NCBI RefSeq assembly: GCF_000143415.4
Contig: NW_003314265.1
Location: 2,745,181 to 2,809,180, forward strand
Source: Selaginella moellendorffii
Lineage: Eukaryota; Plantae; Lycopodiophyta
Direction: 5' to 3'
Length of the DNA stretch: 64,000 nt
A program made the translations under genes and the position numbers. Positions 36,408 through 49,449 of this stretch are shown here, piece by piece. A model generated the notes under the pieces. That model ran no database searches, was not told where the DNA came from, and saw nothing but the letters and a program-made list of their open reading frames with translations. Numbering within the stretch: the stretch's first letter is position 1; each line of letters starts with the position of its first letter.

Positions 36408-37256
36408 ATGTCCACTGGAATCTCTACGCGTACGGAATCGTACGGCCCGGACGACGCTCTTGCTTCTTCTTTGCGGCTGTTCCTTCTTCTTCCGCTCGTC
36501 GTCACAGTTAAATCTTTCGCTTTGATGGGTTGGTTTTCTTGATTCTTGTGGGCTTTGATCCTCTGTAGGAGCGATGATGTTAGAACGCTCGACGTTGGTC
36601 GGGAGAGGCTGGGGGAGATTTTACCCCTGGCGGCGATGGGTAGCGCCGTGTATCAAGTCCGAGGCCTGGATCCTGCTCACGACTATGAGATCAAAGTCTC
36701 GTACCCGGCCTCCGTGAGTGTTGGAGCTGTCCTCCTCGGTCGTGATCCAGTGTTTTTTCCTCCGGTGATTCCAGGTACCAGCAGCATTCTCGCTCACGCT
36801 CTTGCACAGCCGCCGTTCCTCCGGTACTACTAGACGACTGCTCAACGTTGAAAAAATCATTTTTCCTGCTCGCGAGCACCTGATCCTGGACGAGGTTAGC
36901 GAGATTCAAAGCTTGTGTGGGAGAACTTACTCTAGGATCCTCTCGCCAGGGGTCTCACAAAGTTTTTGTTCGCGTCTCGGTCAAGCCCGCGGGGGTAATC
37001 GCCAAGAGGAACTTCAAGGAGCAGGAGTTTATCGTATATAACATAAGTCCGTAACTGTCGCTCGCTTGGTTTCGTAAAGTTTTGTTCTGACCAGTACCTC
37101 GTGGCAGTGTGCGAGCGAGTGTTCTTCAGTGGGATCCCTGAGCAAGCCTGGTGGATAGGATTTTTGGCAACTGGAGCGCTTCTCTTTTCATATTTCCTAG
37201 CAAATATCCTGCCACATTTACTGTTCGGCACAACAGCTAAGTCGGCACAGAATTAA
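36408..37256 (+). CDS. Conserved plant protein of unknown function with a C-terminal transmembrane segment, multi-exon
   Basis: Exons read ...LPLAAMGSAVYQVRGL...YEIKVSYPAS|IPAAFSL...RRLLNVEKIIF...CERVFFSGIPEQAWWIG...*, resembling a conserved land-plant family. Start codon uncertain. Confidence 0.7.
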
Positions 37257-37316
37257 GCTTTCTCGCTACAAAATGGTGCAGAAATACAAAACCTTGATAA
37301 TCCTCGGGCATATCGG

Positions 37317-40047
37317 TCAGTCGGAGCTTTCGTCATCGGCAGTCGAGCCACCAGCGTTACCCTTGTTGTACCCCTGCATTTGCTTGGTGTACCGTTCCTT
37401 GTCAACACGAGCCTGAGATTCGAATGGCTCTTTCTCATCCTCTGCGCAAAAAAGTTCTATAAGTATTAAACAAAAGAGAAACACTTTAGAAAACATACTG
37501 CTCATCGCCTTCCAACGCTCGCCAAGCGTTTTCGCCACATCCTTGAAAGAAATCCCTGGTGTGCTTTTCTTTAGATTCTGTATATCACATCACAGATGGT
37601 AAGCGACGGGATAAATTGTAAAAAAAACACGTACCTCTCTCTCTGCCAGTGAAAAGTACATGAAGCCACTAAGCGCTCTTTTAGGAGCGTTAGGATCCTT
37701 TTTTCGTCTCTTCTTCTTCTTGTCCCCGTCACCTTCTTCATCTTTCTTTTTCTTTTTGGTCGCTGCTGGCTTTTGAGACGCTTCGACTTTCTTCTTATCC
37801 TTTTTGACAGGTCTCTGTATAAGTACATTAGCACCTCGAGAAAACGTGAAATATCCTCACCTCATCTTGCTGCTCCCCACCACTGTCACTTGCATCGGGT
37901 TCTTCCTCTTCACCGGAATCATCTGTCGGAGATCCTTCATCATCCTTATCGGCGACAAAGTCTTCGTCCTCTTCGTCACTATCTCCCTCGTCTCCCGTTG
38001 CACGCGCTATTCTTATCCGTTCAAGATGCGGATCGACACCTTCGTCATCAGAACCTTGAAGCGCCTCCGCAACAGCACTTGATCCTTGTGTTTGGAAGTT
38101 CAAAATTTTCAAGCCCTTCTCACTGCAAAAAAATGAGGAGAATTAAGTACATCTTCCAACCAGTTTACCTGATAAATTTGAAAAGACTGTGATATTCGTT
38201 TCGCGAGATGTTACGAAACAGATGTTCTTGATCAGTTTTTAAACGTAATATCAAATCAAAGTTCTTGGATGACATACTGCTCGTTCCTGCGGCTCCATGT
38301 CTTTCAAACTCCACGTAATCTATCTGCAATATACAATCTTAAACCAAATCCAGGGACTATGATGAACTTACTTCTTCATAAACTATAAGTGTCGGTGGCT
38401 TAGGCAAAAAGAAAAAGCTCTTCTCCAGAGGATAAAGAAGGCCTTCTTCCGCTTTCAAGGCTGCCCGAACTGCGTAGCCTTCTTGACTACTGCGGAACTT
38501 GGTACCAGGTTTAGTGATTCCAGCGCCCGAAAGTCCCCTCAGAATCTCCACAAAAACTTCATATGACAGCCCCTACAAACAAGCAGAAATATTATGCGTT
38601 GCACGGAAGTAGAAAATCTACCTTATATTGAGGTGCCAGCCTGTCTTTATACTTGGTATTTAACAGCTCGTCACTGATCAAGGGCGTAAGCTCCGTTATC
38701 TCCTCAGACGGATACTGAATAAGAAAAGTACAACTTCTCTCAGTCGGCACATAGATATTTTCGTTTACCTGAAAAACTATGTGCGGATAGAACGTCTGAC
38801 CTTTGCGGATGGGAGGGTCCAGTGTAATCACAACATATGTGGAAGATTGAGCAGACTGCCGGCAAATCATCAGTATGTATTCACGAGGAAGAACGAAAAA
38901 TTACCCTTGGAAGAACAAACAGACGAGCAACACTGGTGTATTGGATCTTGAAGTCACTTGCTCCGAAAAGCCGCAAGAATGACAAGTGCAGCTCCACGAG
39001 GTATCGACCCCTGTAAACACAAATGCCTGTCATCAAAAAATAGAAAACAGTGAAATACGTACCTTGGAGTGAGAACATTGACAGTTTCAAATGCCGCGAC
39101 GGCTTCTCCACCAGCTGGACCAACATCCGCCATCGAAAGAATCTTATCGCAAAAGACCTGCGCAAACTAAATCAACGACAGCAAAATCCCAACTCAAAAC
39201 ACACCTGCGCAGATGCACGTTCCTCGTCACCAACAAACGTGGTATTAGTACTTGGAACGTGAAAACTCATCTCCATCAAAGTGTCTTTCTGCATATAGAG
39301 AGCTTATTGACAAACAAAATCGCCTAATTGAAGATTCCTACCTCATTGGCTGTGTCATCCACATGAAACTCCATCTGAACGTCATTCTTTCCCTGCACTT
39401 GTGTGTTGGAGATATCGGCAACGCATATCTCAAACGCCGGCTTTCCTCCGACGACGAACGATAGAGTGTTTCCTGGACAACAAAAAAACAAGTTTTGCAC
39501 AGCACAAACACGCGATCGAAGTCACCTTCCAGTTCAGCTTCTCCCCAGTTACGTCCACTCACAGCCAAAGGCTTATCCTGAGGAGTAACTCCAATATTCG
39601 AGGTTATGAAGGTGTTCAAGCTAGAAACGTCCTAAAGAACAGAGAAACAAAAACAAAAGAAATCAATCGCAAGGTCACAGATAGCTTTGAGATTCACCTG
39701 CTCGCGAAACCCAGTAAACTTCACATTGGAGCCGGCCTTGAGCCTAATGCTCATCTGGTAGCTCCTAGAAACCCTCGTCCAACTCACGCTCTTGACATCG
39801 TCCTTGGCCACATCTACCACTTTGCCTCCGCCGGATTTCCGCCAGGAGAAGCCTTTGGAGCTGATCTTGAGCTGCCCGGGATTCTGCAGCACCGATCAGT
39901 GAGCACTTAAACCCTAGCAACGAGCTCAAACGCAAAGAAATCTCTCCTGTGCGGCGCTACCAACAAGAGAAAGAACCACAAGGATCAACTCACCGCTCCA
40001 CCGCGGCCTCCGAGGAGGATGTTGTTGAACTGATGCGCGTCGCCCAT
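37317..40047 (-). CDS. SSRP1: FACT complex subunit SSRP1, multi-exon
   Basis: [59 protein letters not shown], acidic tract, HMG box [16 protein letters not shown]. Confidence 0.97.
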
Positions 40048-40245
40048 GGCGGGGCACGAAGAACACCGGCTAGGGCTCGTGGGGGTCTCCCGCCACAATG
40101 AAATTAGGGCGAGCCAGTTTTTACTGGAGACAGACAGAATTTCTCTCACACAAAGTCAAAAGTTTCGTATAGTGTCAAAGCTGCGAGGGAAAGCTTTGAT
40201 TGGAGAACACACTAAAAGCTCTAGGAAGTTTCGACTCCCAGTCTC

Positions 40246-41375
40246 ATGGGACTCACTATAGCGATCCTCGTGTGCTTGCTCGCGACCGCGGCGATCATCA
40301 AGTCACTGCTCGCAAGGAGATCGTCCAGACTCCCGCCCTGTCCAATCTCCTTCCCGGTGGTGGGATCTTTGCTCTGGACCGGGGCCCGAGTGGAAGCTCA
40401 TGCGCAAGATCTGCGCCACGAACCTCTTCAGCAACGCCATGCTCGCCACCAGCGCCCCCTACCGCCGATCGCAGCTCCAGGCCGCCATGGACGCCATCCT
40501 CGATCGATCGCGGTGCAGCGAGCCCGTGAACTTGCCGACAATCTTCGCCAGATACCCGTCGGGGTCGCTGTACCTGACGCTCTTCAGCGAGGAGTGCCCC
40601 GAGCTGGTGGCGACGATCAACAACCTGGCCGGGCAGGCGATCAACCTTAACATTGGCGAGCTCATCCCGTCGCTCGACTGCATGGGCGTCTACGCCAAGA
40701 TGAGGGGAGAGATCATAAGGCGCTGCTCGACGATCAAGTCCGACGATCAACCCACAACGTCCACAATGCCGCGACTTTGTGGACGTTCTCATCTCCCTGG
40801 ACGAGAGCGACAAGCTCTCGGACCAAGAGATCATCGGCCTCCTGATCACCATCCTTCTCGATCCTCTTCTCTGCGATGTGACGATCCATCGAACTTTCTT
40901 CCAGGATATGGTGGGTGCCGGATTCAAAACCTCCATGAAGTTGATCGAGTGGTACATGTCCGAAGTGGAAGAACACGGTCTCAAAACCTTCCATTCCCAC
41001 CCGGCGGTGCCGCTGGAAACAACATCCGCCCCGTGGAGCTCGGCGATGGCCATGCCACCATAATCCCCGACAAATGCAAACTCCTCGTCAATCGCTGGGC
41101 GGCGAACGATCCAAAGCACTGGACAAGCCCCCACGAATTCCAGCCCCAGCGATTCCTCCAACATCTCGCCCGGGGGGCCAGCACTTTCAGATCATCCCAT
41201 TCTCCGCCGGGAGGAGGATGTGCGCCGGTTATGGCCTCGCCATGCGCCTCCCTCGCCAGCCTGCTACACGGATTCATCGAGATCTCGGAAAATCCCATCG
41301 CACTGGAGGAATCGATCGGAACCATTTCGTGCCCACCTGCGAAGGACCTTCGCGGCGTAGGATCGAGGAGCGCAA
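40246..41375 (+). pseudogene. Cytochrome P450 (CYP71 clan) pseudogene, duplicate of 52586-54141
   Basis: Intact N-terminal anchor and PFSAGRRMCAG heme motif, but many short deletions and frameshifts relative to the second copy. Confidence 0.92.
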
Positions 41376-41430
41376 GAACCCTCACCTGGCAATGGCTATT
41401 CTGGAGGGGTTTATCTAGGGTTTGAGCCAA

Positions 41431-42727
41431 ATGCTCTCGGCGCGCATTGCTTACTGCGGCAACGTCGAGGCGAGGGTGCGATCGCGAATCCATGTCCGGT
41501 GCTTTGCGAAGATCAGCTCCTCGGTGCCTCCATTCTCAGCGGTGAAATTCCCTGGTAAGAAATTCTCGAAATATTTGGAGCTTGTAGCTACCCCGCCTTC
41601 TTCCTTGCTCCTTCAGCGCCAGAGCCCGGCGGCTATGGCGAGATATCCTACTGGGACAAGCGCTACGCGGAGCAACCCGATGCTACGCTCGATTGGTTCT
41701 CGGATTACTCCAGATTCGAGCCGATTGTCCGTAAGCACATCCCCAAATCTTCCCGGGTTTTGATGGCTGGGTGTGGCAATTCAGGTACCAAGATCTCAGT
41801 GAGCGATGCCATAGAAAAGAATACTAATTCCAGTGATGTAAAACAGCAATGTCTAACGATATGGTGGAAGATGGCTACCAGGAAATCGTCAACACCGATC
41901 TATCTTCGGTGGTGATTGACAACTTCAAAGCTAGATATGCTCACGTTCCTCAGCTCTCTTGTATCCTTGGGCTTGGTGATGTTACTTCTTTGCAGCAGCC
42001 ATATCTTCCTTGACGAAACTTAAGACGTGGCAATAGATTCACGGGACATGAGTGCGTTTCAAGACTGTTCCTTTGATGCGGTCATTGACAAAGGTAACAA
42101 AGTAATAGTTTACTCTCAAGAGTCTCCTCTTACATTTTCTTTCTCTTTGTTTTTCAGGCCTGGCCGACGCCATGCTAGTAAGTGCTTGTGTCACCAAAAA
42201 CATCCTTGTCTAGTGCAATTTGCGTTCCTTCTTTCAGTGTGGAGTTGATCCGGCAGAAGGCGTTCTACAAATGCTAAGAGAGACTTACAGGTTTTGTGTG
42301 TACTACTACTGATTTAGTTCATGCTCTCTCTCTTGCAGGATTTTGAGACCACAAGGAGTGTTTATGCTGGTAAGAAGAAAGAAAACTTCTATAGTTCCTG
42401 ATCTATAACCATTCTCACTGCAGATCACCTACGGCCACCCTGAAATACGAATGCCGGCGTTGCTGGAACCAGGATTGAAATGGTCCATCCTTCTATACGC
42501 CTTGGGTATGTTTTGAGCTCTAAACGGGATAAGCTCACTCTCTGTGTATTTTCTTCTCAGCCAAGCCTGGCACTGAGAAAGCCGTAATGGAAACGATTGA
42601 GGGAGTAACTCCAGATTCACTGCCCATTGACGAGCGCAACTGGTCTCTCGGCTTGGAAGATTTTGGGGGTGACAAAGGAATGACCTTTGTCTACGTATGC
42701 TCAAAACCTAATGAAAGAGATAAGTAA
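41431..42727 (+). CDS. Class I SAM-dependent methyltransferase, EEF1AKMT4/METTL13-N-like, multi-exon
   Basis: YGEISYWDKRY, DWFSDY, RVLMAGCGNS, FDAVIDKG, LRPQGVFML|ITYGHPEIR; the spliced frame appears intact, with a possible N-terminal transit peptide. Confidence 0.85.
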
Positions 42728-42891
42728 TATATTTAACAAACTTTACTAGCTAAAAGTATTTATCTAACCACATTTTAATCTAAGATACAAGTAATTACCT
42801 TTTCCCTCGCGACTATATAGCAGCGAAAATGCTTGTGAGGGTTTATCACTTTCCATCCTCTCCAAGAGCGATCAAGCAAGACCAATCGATC

Positions 42892-44217
42892 ATGGGAGTT
42901 CCTGGGTTTTTCGCCTGGCTCGTATCCAAGCATCCTCGGTGCGTGAGGGACGCGATTGATGGTGCCAAGAACAATATTCTTCGCTACGACAACGCGAACT
43001 TGTACGTGGACCTCAACACCATCATCTGGGTCATCCTGGAAAGCCACGATTGCCCGCCCACCTTCGCCACTTTTTACCAAGAGTTCCTCGACTCGCTCCG
43101 CAAGCTCGTCGCCATGGTGGCTCCGACCAAGCTCGTCTTCCTAGCCCTGGATGGAAGGCCTCCCACCCCCAAGCTCTTCAGCAAGCTCTTCAAGAAGCCG
43201 TGTCGCTACAATCGCGATGCTTCTCTCTCCTCCTTGTCCTCCTCGGAGGATGAGCTCGATTCCACCAAAGGTCAGACAGGTGATCTCATCCCACGCAATC
43301 GCAAGGCCAAGATGGCGATGGTCCGCCATGGAACGCCTTTCATGAACGGGCTGGAGAGTGAACTGCGACGATTTGTGGCAAGCATGATGCTGTCAAGTTC
43401 ATATGATCATCGCCGGAGGAGATCAATGACTAGCTCGAGGCTCCAGTGGATCGTTTCCACGTCCGAGGAGGACGGGGAGGGCGAGCTCAAGATCTTCAAC
43501 CACATACGGGCTCTGCCGTTCAACGCCCACGACTTCCACTGCGTGGTTGGACGCGACGCCGACTTGATCATGCTGGCTCTCGCTAGCCCGCTCTCCAGGA
43601 AGATCAACATCGTCCGCCAGACGCCGAAGGACGGAATTATGATTTACAAGCTCATCAGCATCGAGACGCTCGTGCGTGATTTCGAGGTGCAGATGGAAGA
43701 GCCGTGCTCCGTGCGGCTGCGGTCCACCATGAGGGATCTCGTGTTCCTGTGCTTCCTTCTGGGGAACGATTTCCTGCCCGGCCTGGAGGCGCTCACAATC
43801 CGAAACAATGGCATCGACAAGCTCCAGCAAACGTACATGGAGGTTTTCAGTGAGGCAGGGGAGTTTATAATCGACTGCAATGGGCATGTCAACACAAGAG
43901 TGCTGGAGAGATTTCTTTTGCATCTGCTGAAGCAATTAGGGACATCAAAAAAGTTGGAATCTAGTGTTGAGATGGGCATGACAATGTAGTCATCGTATCT
44001 TAACATTCTAAGGTGGTGCGCAAACTACTATTTCAATGGGGTGGTGTGTGATGAGTCCTACTACTTGTGGAAGAATGCTCCAGCCATGGAAAGGTTCGTC
44101 AACTTCATGGGCACACTTCCACGTACTGCTGGCAGCGTGGTAAATCCAAGGGCTTCACTCCCCGTTACTCCTGCGAGCGGTCTTAACTTATGGCCTCAGT
44201 GGTTGAAATCCTGTTAA
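42892..44217 (+). pseudogene. Intronless XRN-family 5'-3' exoribonuclease-like gene with a premature stop
   Basis: Near-identical to 55446-56765 but TGG>TAG at 43987-43989. Confidence 0.88.
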
Positions 44218-44759
44218 TTATGGTTGAAAATTAAAAGGAACCGTAAAGGGTTACCTAAACCTTACTAGCCATTTTCTTAACTAGGTTATGATTTGGGTAT
44301 TTGCTTGTTTCTAGCGAGCGCTCTCTCTCTTTCTTTCCAAGATGTTGTTTGAGCTATTACAGATTCGGAAATCGTGCTTGCCTTCAACTTTGTATGCAGT
44401 GAATGGAATGTCAAGGACGAGCTCCCGAGCAATTTAGATGCTCTAATTGAGGTGAGTTTTGGGGCTTCTTCTCAATCTCTGATTCCTGCTTTTAGGCTCA
44501 GGAAATCGAAGCTGCACAGGAAAAGGTATGGCTGGCGTTTCTCCTTTTCCTCTCTCATTTTCCCCTTCCTTTTTCCTTTATTGTTGATGCTCTCTTTGGT
44601 ACAGCACGGTTCATCCCTCGAACAGCTTTGCAGCGTCGAACCGCCCAAGCGGCAGCAAATCCTACGCTCTGATGATGAAAAGGTGGTGGAGCTACAGGAG
44701 TTCGCCCGGAAGCCCGAGCTGGGTCAAGGTTTCCAAGAGCTGGGTCAAGGTTTCCAAGG

Positions 44760-45360
44760 TCTCGTCGCTTGTTTTCCGCTAACTCTTTTTCTTGTAAGCA
44801 GGGTTGTTATACCCGGAGTTCGATGATCATAACGCAGTGCTTGGAAACAAGAGGAAGGCGCCGCCGGCGGTCTGTGATCATCCGCCTCTCGATCGCGGCA
44901 AACTTACTCTCCCTAACGGTAAGCTTATTTCGTGATTTCGGTGTGGTCGGCTCACTAAACTGGGGAGTTGGACGATCGTGGTGCAGTAGAGCTGCTTGGA
45001 AATAAGAGGAAGGCACCGGCGGCGGTGGATCATGACTGTGATCATCCGCCTCTTGATCACCGCAAACTTACTCTCCCTGACAGTAAGATTGTTTCGTGAT
45101 TTCTATGGGATCGGCTAACTCTTTTACTTGTAAACAGGGCTAGAGATTGGTGGTCGTGGTAGGAAGGCACCGGTGGATCATTCCTGTGATCATCCGCCTC
45201 TCGATCATCTCAAACTTACTCTCCCTGACAGTAAGTTTATTTCGTGATTTCTGTGGAATCGGCTAACTCGTTTCCTTGACAGGGCTATTCTACCCGCTGC
45301 CTGGAAACAAGAGGACGGCGCCGGCGGCGGTGGATCATTACTGTGACCATCCGCCTCTCA
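44760..45360 (+). repeat. Tandem array of ~110-170-bp exon/intron-like units
   Basis: Repeated ggaaacaagaggaaggc...gatcatccgcctct...aaacttactctccct.ac.GTAAG...CAG units; inverted copy at 57540-58170. Confidence 0.85.
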
Positions 45361-45399
45361 AACGCCGCAAACTTGTTAACACGGTGGCGGACTCTCCTC

Positions 45400-45930
45400 T
45401 CAGCGAGAACTGGATGATAATGATGGAAGTGATCAAGCGTCATCCACCTGAGACGCAGCAGGTCTTTAACTTCGCCAACATCTATCATGGCGTAAGCCCG
45501 GCGCTGGCTCACTACGACTGCCTGCGCCGGAAGGGGCTGCTCGGCCGGGCCGAGGACAGCATGCCTTTCGAGCCGGGCGTGGGCGATGCTCCTGGCGGCG
45601 TGCCAGACTCAATCGACTCTCTACAGGTGCAAGGCTCTGGCGACGAAGCCTCACAACACCAAGATCGACTTCGCGGATCAGGTGTCCAGAAGGACAGGCT
45701 CAACGTCTCGGATAAGCTCAACTCGATCTAGCGTCAGGTCGGGCGGTGGACCCACGAGATCATGGCGGCTTATGCGACCAGGCTAAACATTGAGCTGACC
45801 ATCGAGTGTAGGTGCAGAAGTACCACGGGCCGTGCTGCTGAGGCACGCTGCCAGTCAAGAACCGAAAGTCTGCCACCACAATATCAACGTGAGGTTGAGT
45901 TCCACCACATCGAGAAGGACGTGTGTACGG
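45400..45930 (+). pseudogene. PLS-class PPR (E/DYW) gene debris
   Basis: YHGVSPALAHYDCL...GLLGRAE..MPFEP; homologous to 56950-57500 (minus). Confidence 0.7.
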
Positions 45931-46219
45931 TAGCAGGAAGCCCTCTTGATTGCTTGGTCGCTCCTCCAACTCACATACTAGGAACTCTTTAGATGGTTGA
46001 AAACTATACATGAATATTCTCTATTTACAATTTTCTTATCAATGATATAAATTTATCTATACATAGAGATTGCTTTAACACTTTAAAATGTTAATTCTCA
46101 TAATTAATGATTCTTTCATAAATTTAAATCTATATTATGAGTGTTTGGGATTACTCATTTATGTTGTGAGTGCTCAGATATAGAATAAGACAGGCTCAGT
46201 GCGGGGACGTTGGATTCTT

Positions 46220-46319
46220 NNNNNNNNNNNNNNNNNNNNNNNNNNNNNNNNNNNNNNNNNNNNNNNNNNNNNNNNNNNNNNNNNNNNNNNNNNNNNNNNN
46301 NNNNNNNNNNNNNNNNNNN
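46220..46319. other. Assembly gap
   Basis: Run of N. Confidence 1.
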
Positions 46320-46442
46320 TATATATGTATATATATATATATATGTATATATATATACATACATATATATATACATATATATATATATACATACATATAT
46401 ATATATACATACATATATATATATACATACATATACATATAC

Positions 46443-46473
<31 letters not shown>

Positions 46474-46648
46474 CATACATATACATATATATATACATAT
46501 ACATATATATATATACATATACATATATATATACATATACATATATATATATATATATACATATATACATATATATATACATATATATGTACATATATAT
46601 ACATATATATATATACATATATATATACACATATACATACATATATAC

Positions 46649-46708
<60 letters not shown>
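46320..46708. repeat. Compound microsatellite (TA)n/(TACA)/(TG)n/(TATG)n
   Basis: Direct reading. Confidence 0.98.
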
Positions 46709-48029
46709 TTACAGACCTTACATCATCTTGATGATAAATTAAATGAAACATTTAGAGCTTTTGTTAAGTGATTATAGACTACTATAAAAAATCTAAAACT
46801 TCTATAAAACCACCAATGTAGTTGTTAATAACTATGACTCAATCCATAATATAAACATCAATTGACTATAGAATTTTAGTGAATCAATTTTAATTCCATG
46901 TGCAATTGTTAAATTCTTAAACCCACTTTGAAGCCATAACTTTGAACCAAAACAAAAAACTTTGAGAGTCATTATAATCCATAAAACCATTGTAGTAAAT
47001 AATACATCTCATCTTTAAGTTTGTCTATTAATAATCTTCTAAGACCACTATTAATTCGACCTCACGACCATTGTCCTCATCCAACACTGCATATGGGAGG
47101 TCAAATTCACTCTATTTATTTTTTACATCTTCTTTATCCCTTCCTCTAAAGAAAAAAATTCCTAAAGTATTAGCTTTGTTCGAGCTCATTACATTAGTTT
47201 TCATTCCACCATCTATGTTCAAATTCACTCCACTATCACATGTATTTGCCTTCACTAAGTTAGGGTTCGATATTCTATTTAAACTTGCTATATTTATCCT
47301 TACTCCACAATCTATATTGTTCATCTTTGCACCATAACAATATCTATTTATCCTCATTTCATCATTAAGGCTAAACTTCTGTTTATCACTTCTACCCCCT
47401 CCACCAAAGAAAAAAAAGTTTGAAACATTGGAGCAAAAGGAAAAAAACAAGAAAAAAGTGAGAAAGAAACATTGTAGAAGAAGAAGAAATGGAAAAAGAA
47501 GCATTGGTAATAGAATTTTTAGCTATTGTCAAAATAGAAATGAGAAAAGAAAAAAAATGTGCTCAAAATATGGAAAATAGAGGGTTTTTTGTCATAAAAT
47601 ACTTCATCCACCACAATATAAGTAAAAAATTCACACTCCTCAATATATAATTTAACACTTGAGATGAGAAAATTAATAGAAAGTCCACACTCTTAAAGAG
47701 ACACATAAACTCTTTAACAATAACGATAAAACAAAGGCTTTTAATAACACTCACAATTGAGGACATGCATTTAACTTGAAACTCAAACCAAAGTGATTTA
47801 ACCTTTGGAGTAAGGAATACTGAAGCACATGTGATCATGGGATGAGATTTGAATATATTGTCACCATGGATCTTTGGAACTTTGAAGGATAAATGGGGAT
47901 AAAATAGCCACTAAGCGCTCTCTCATCAAGCAATTGCCTCTTTTCCAGTTGGTTTAAGGGGAGAGAGATAGAGTGCATTATATGTGGTATTGAAGCAAAT
48001 GGCACGGATTCGATTCTCATTGATTAGTA

Positions 48030-49336
48030 GCTATTTAAAAATATAATATACTCTTGAGCAAGGTATATTCCTACCCTTAAATTTGAAATCGTACATATTG
48101 GGCATTCATGCATACGTCCTTCCTTTTGGTTTTTGCATTCACGAATGAAGGTATAATATACTCTTGAGCAAGGTATATTCTTACCCTGTCCTTCCTCTTG
48201 ATAGAGCATTCACGAATGAAGGTATTTACCATGGGACCATGGGATTGCAGTATGGGTGGATAACTAGTTGCCTCATATGGAATAGTGGGATTGCAGTACG
48301 GGTGGATGATTAGTTGCTTTACATGGAATAACTAATTTACACAATGGAAGGATTAGATAACTAGTTGCCTCACATGAAATAGCTATTCATACGTACATCC
48401 TTCCTCTTGGTGGAGCATTCACAGAATGAAGGTATTTACCATGGGACCATAGAATTGCAATATGGGTGGATGACTAATTGCCTCACATGGAATAACTAAT
48501 CTACACAATGGACGGATTGGATAACTAGTTGCTTCACATGGAATAACTAATTTACACAATGGAAGGGTTGGCAGATTTAATGTGTGGGACTGCAGTACAA
48601 GTGGATGATTAGTTGCCACAATTGAAGGATTGGATGACTAGTTGCCTCACATGGAATAACTAATCTACACAATGGAAGGATTGGTAGATTTAATGCGTGG
48701 GACTGCAATACAAATGGATGATTAATTGCCACAATGGAAGGATTGGATGACTAGTTGCCTCATATGGAATAATTAATCTACATAATGGAAGGATTGGTAG
48801 ATTTAATGCGTGGGACTGCAGTACAAGTGGATAATTAGTTGCCTCATATGGAATAGTTCCTTGGCTTAGTAAGGGTTGTTAATCAATAGTTAATAGTCAA
48901 TAGTCAATAAATAGGTGGATGATTAGTTGCCTCATATGGAATAGCTCCTTGGCTTAGTAAGGGTTGTTAATCAATAGTCAATAGTCAATAAATAAGTGGA
49001 TGATTAGTTGCCTCATATGGAATAGCTTTTTGGCTAAGTAGGGGTTGTTAGTGAATAGTCAATAGTCAATAAGGAATAGAGGTTGTTAGTCAATAGTCAA
49101 TAAGGACATTGACATCTTTGAAGGGGGGGTGGTTGTTAGTCGGTCTACATAATGGAAGGATGTAAGGGTTGTTAGTCAAGAATCAATAGTCAATAAAAAC
49201 ATTGACATCTCTAAAGGGGGGGTGGTTGTTAATCGGTTCACAATGGAAGGATTGGTAAATTTAGTGCGTGGGCACAATGGAAGGATTGGTAGATTTAATG
49301 TGTGGGACTATGGTACGGGTGAATGACTAGTTGCCT
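48030..49336. repeat. Complex nested tandem-repeat block, probably the 3' non-coding region of an LTR element
   Basis: Many copies of ggatga(c/t)tagttgcctca(c/t)atggaata, cacaatggaaggattgg and tagtcaa units, followed by a purine run and an LTR start at 49345. Confidence 0.85.
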
Positions 49337-49344
49337 TAAGGGGG

Positions 49345-49407
49345 TGTTGCAAATGTGACTTCGGGTATTGAAAGATACTTGTTGGCTAGTCCTTACGGGC
49401 ACTCTTA
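49345..49407 (+). mobile_element. Truncated LTR 5' end of the A/B family
   Basis: TGTTGCAAATGTGACTTCGGGTATTGAAAG...TCCTTACGGGCACTCTTA matches 16468-16530 and follows AAGGGGG. Confidence 0.8.
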
Positions 49408-49449
49408 AAATATACATTTCTCTACTTTTTTTGGTATATTTTTTTTAAG

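Noticed and set aside
46155-46771. Tyr/Ile-rich ORFs
   Set aside because: Translations of a TA microsatellite plus gap.
46770-47504. Possible decayed coding sequence (transposon protease-like) on the minus strand
   Set aside because: Many stops and no diagnostic motif.
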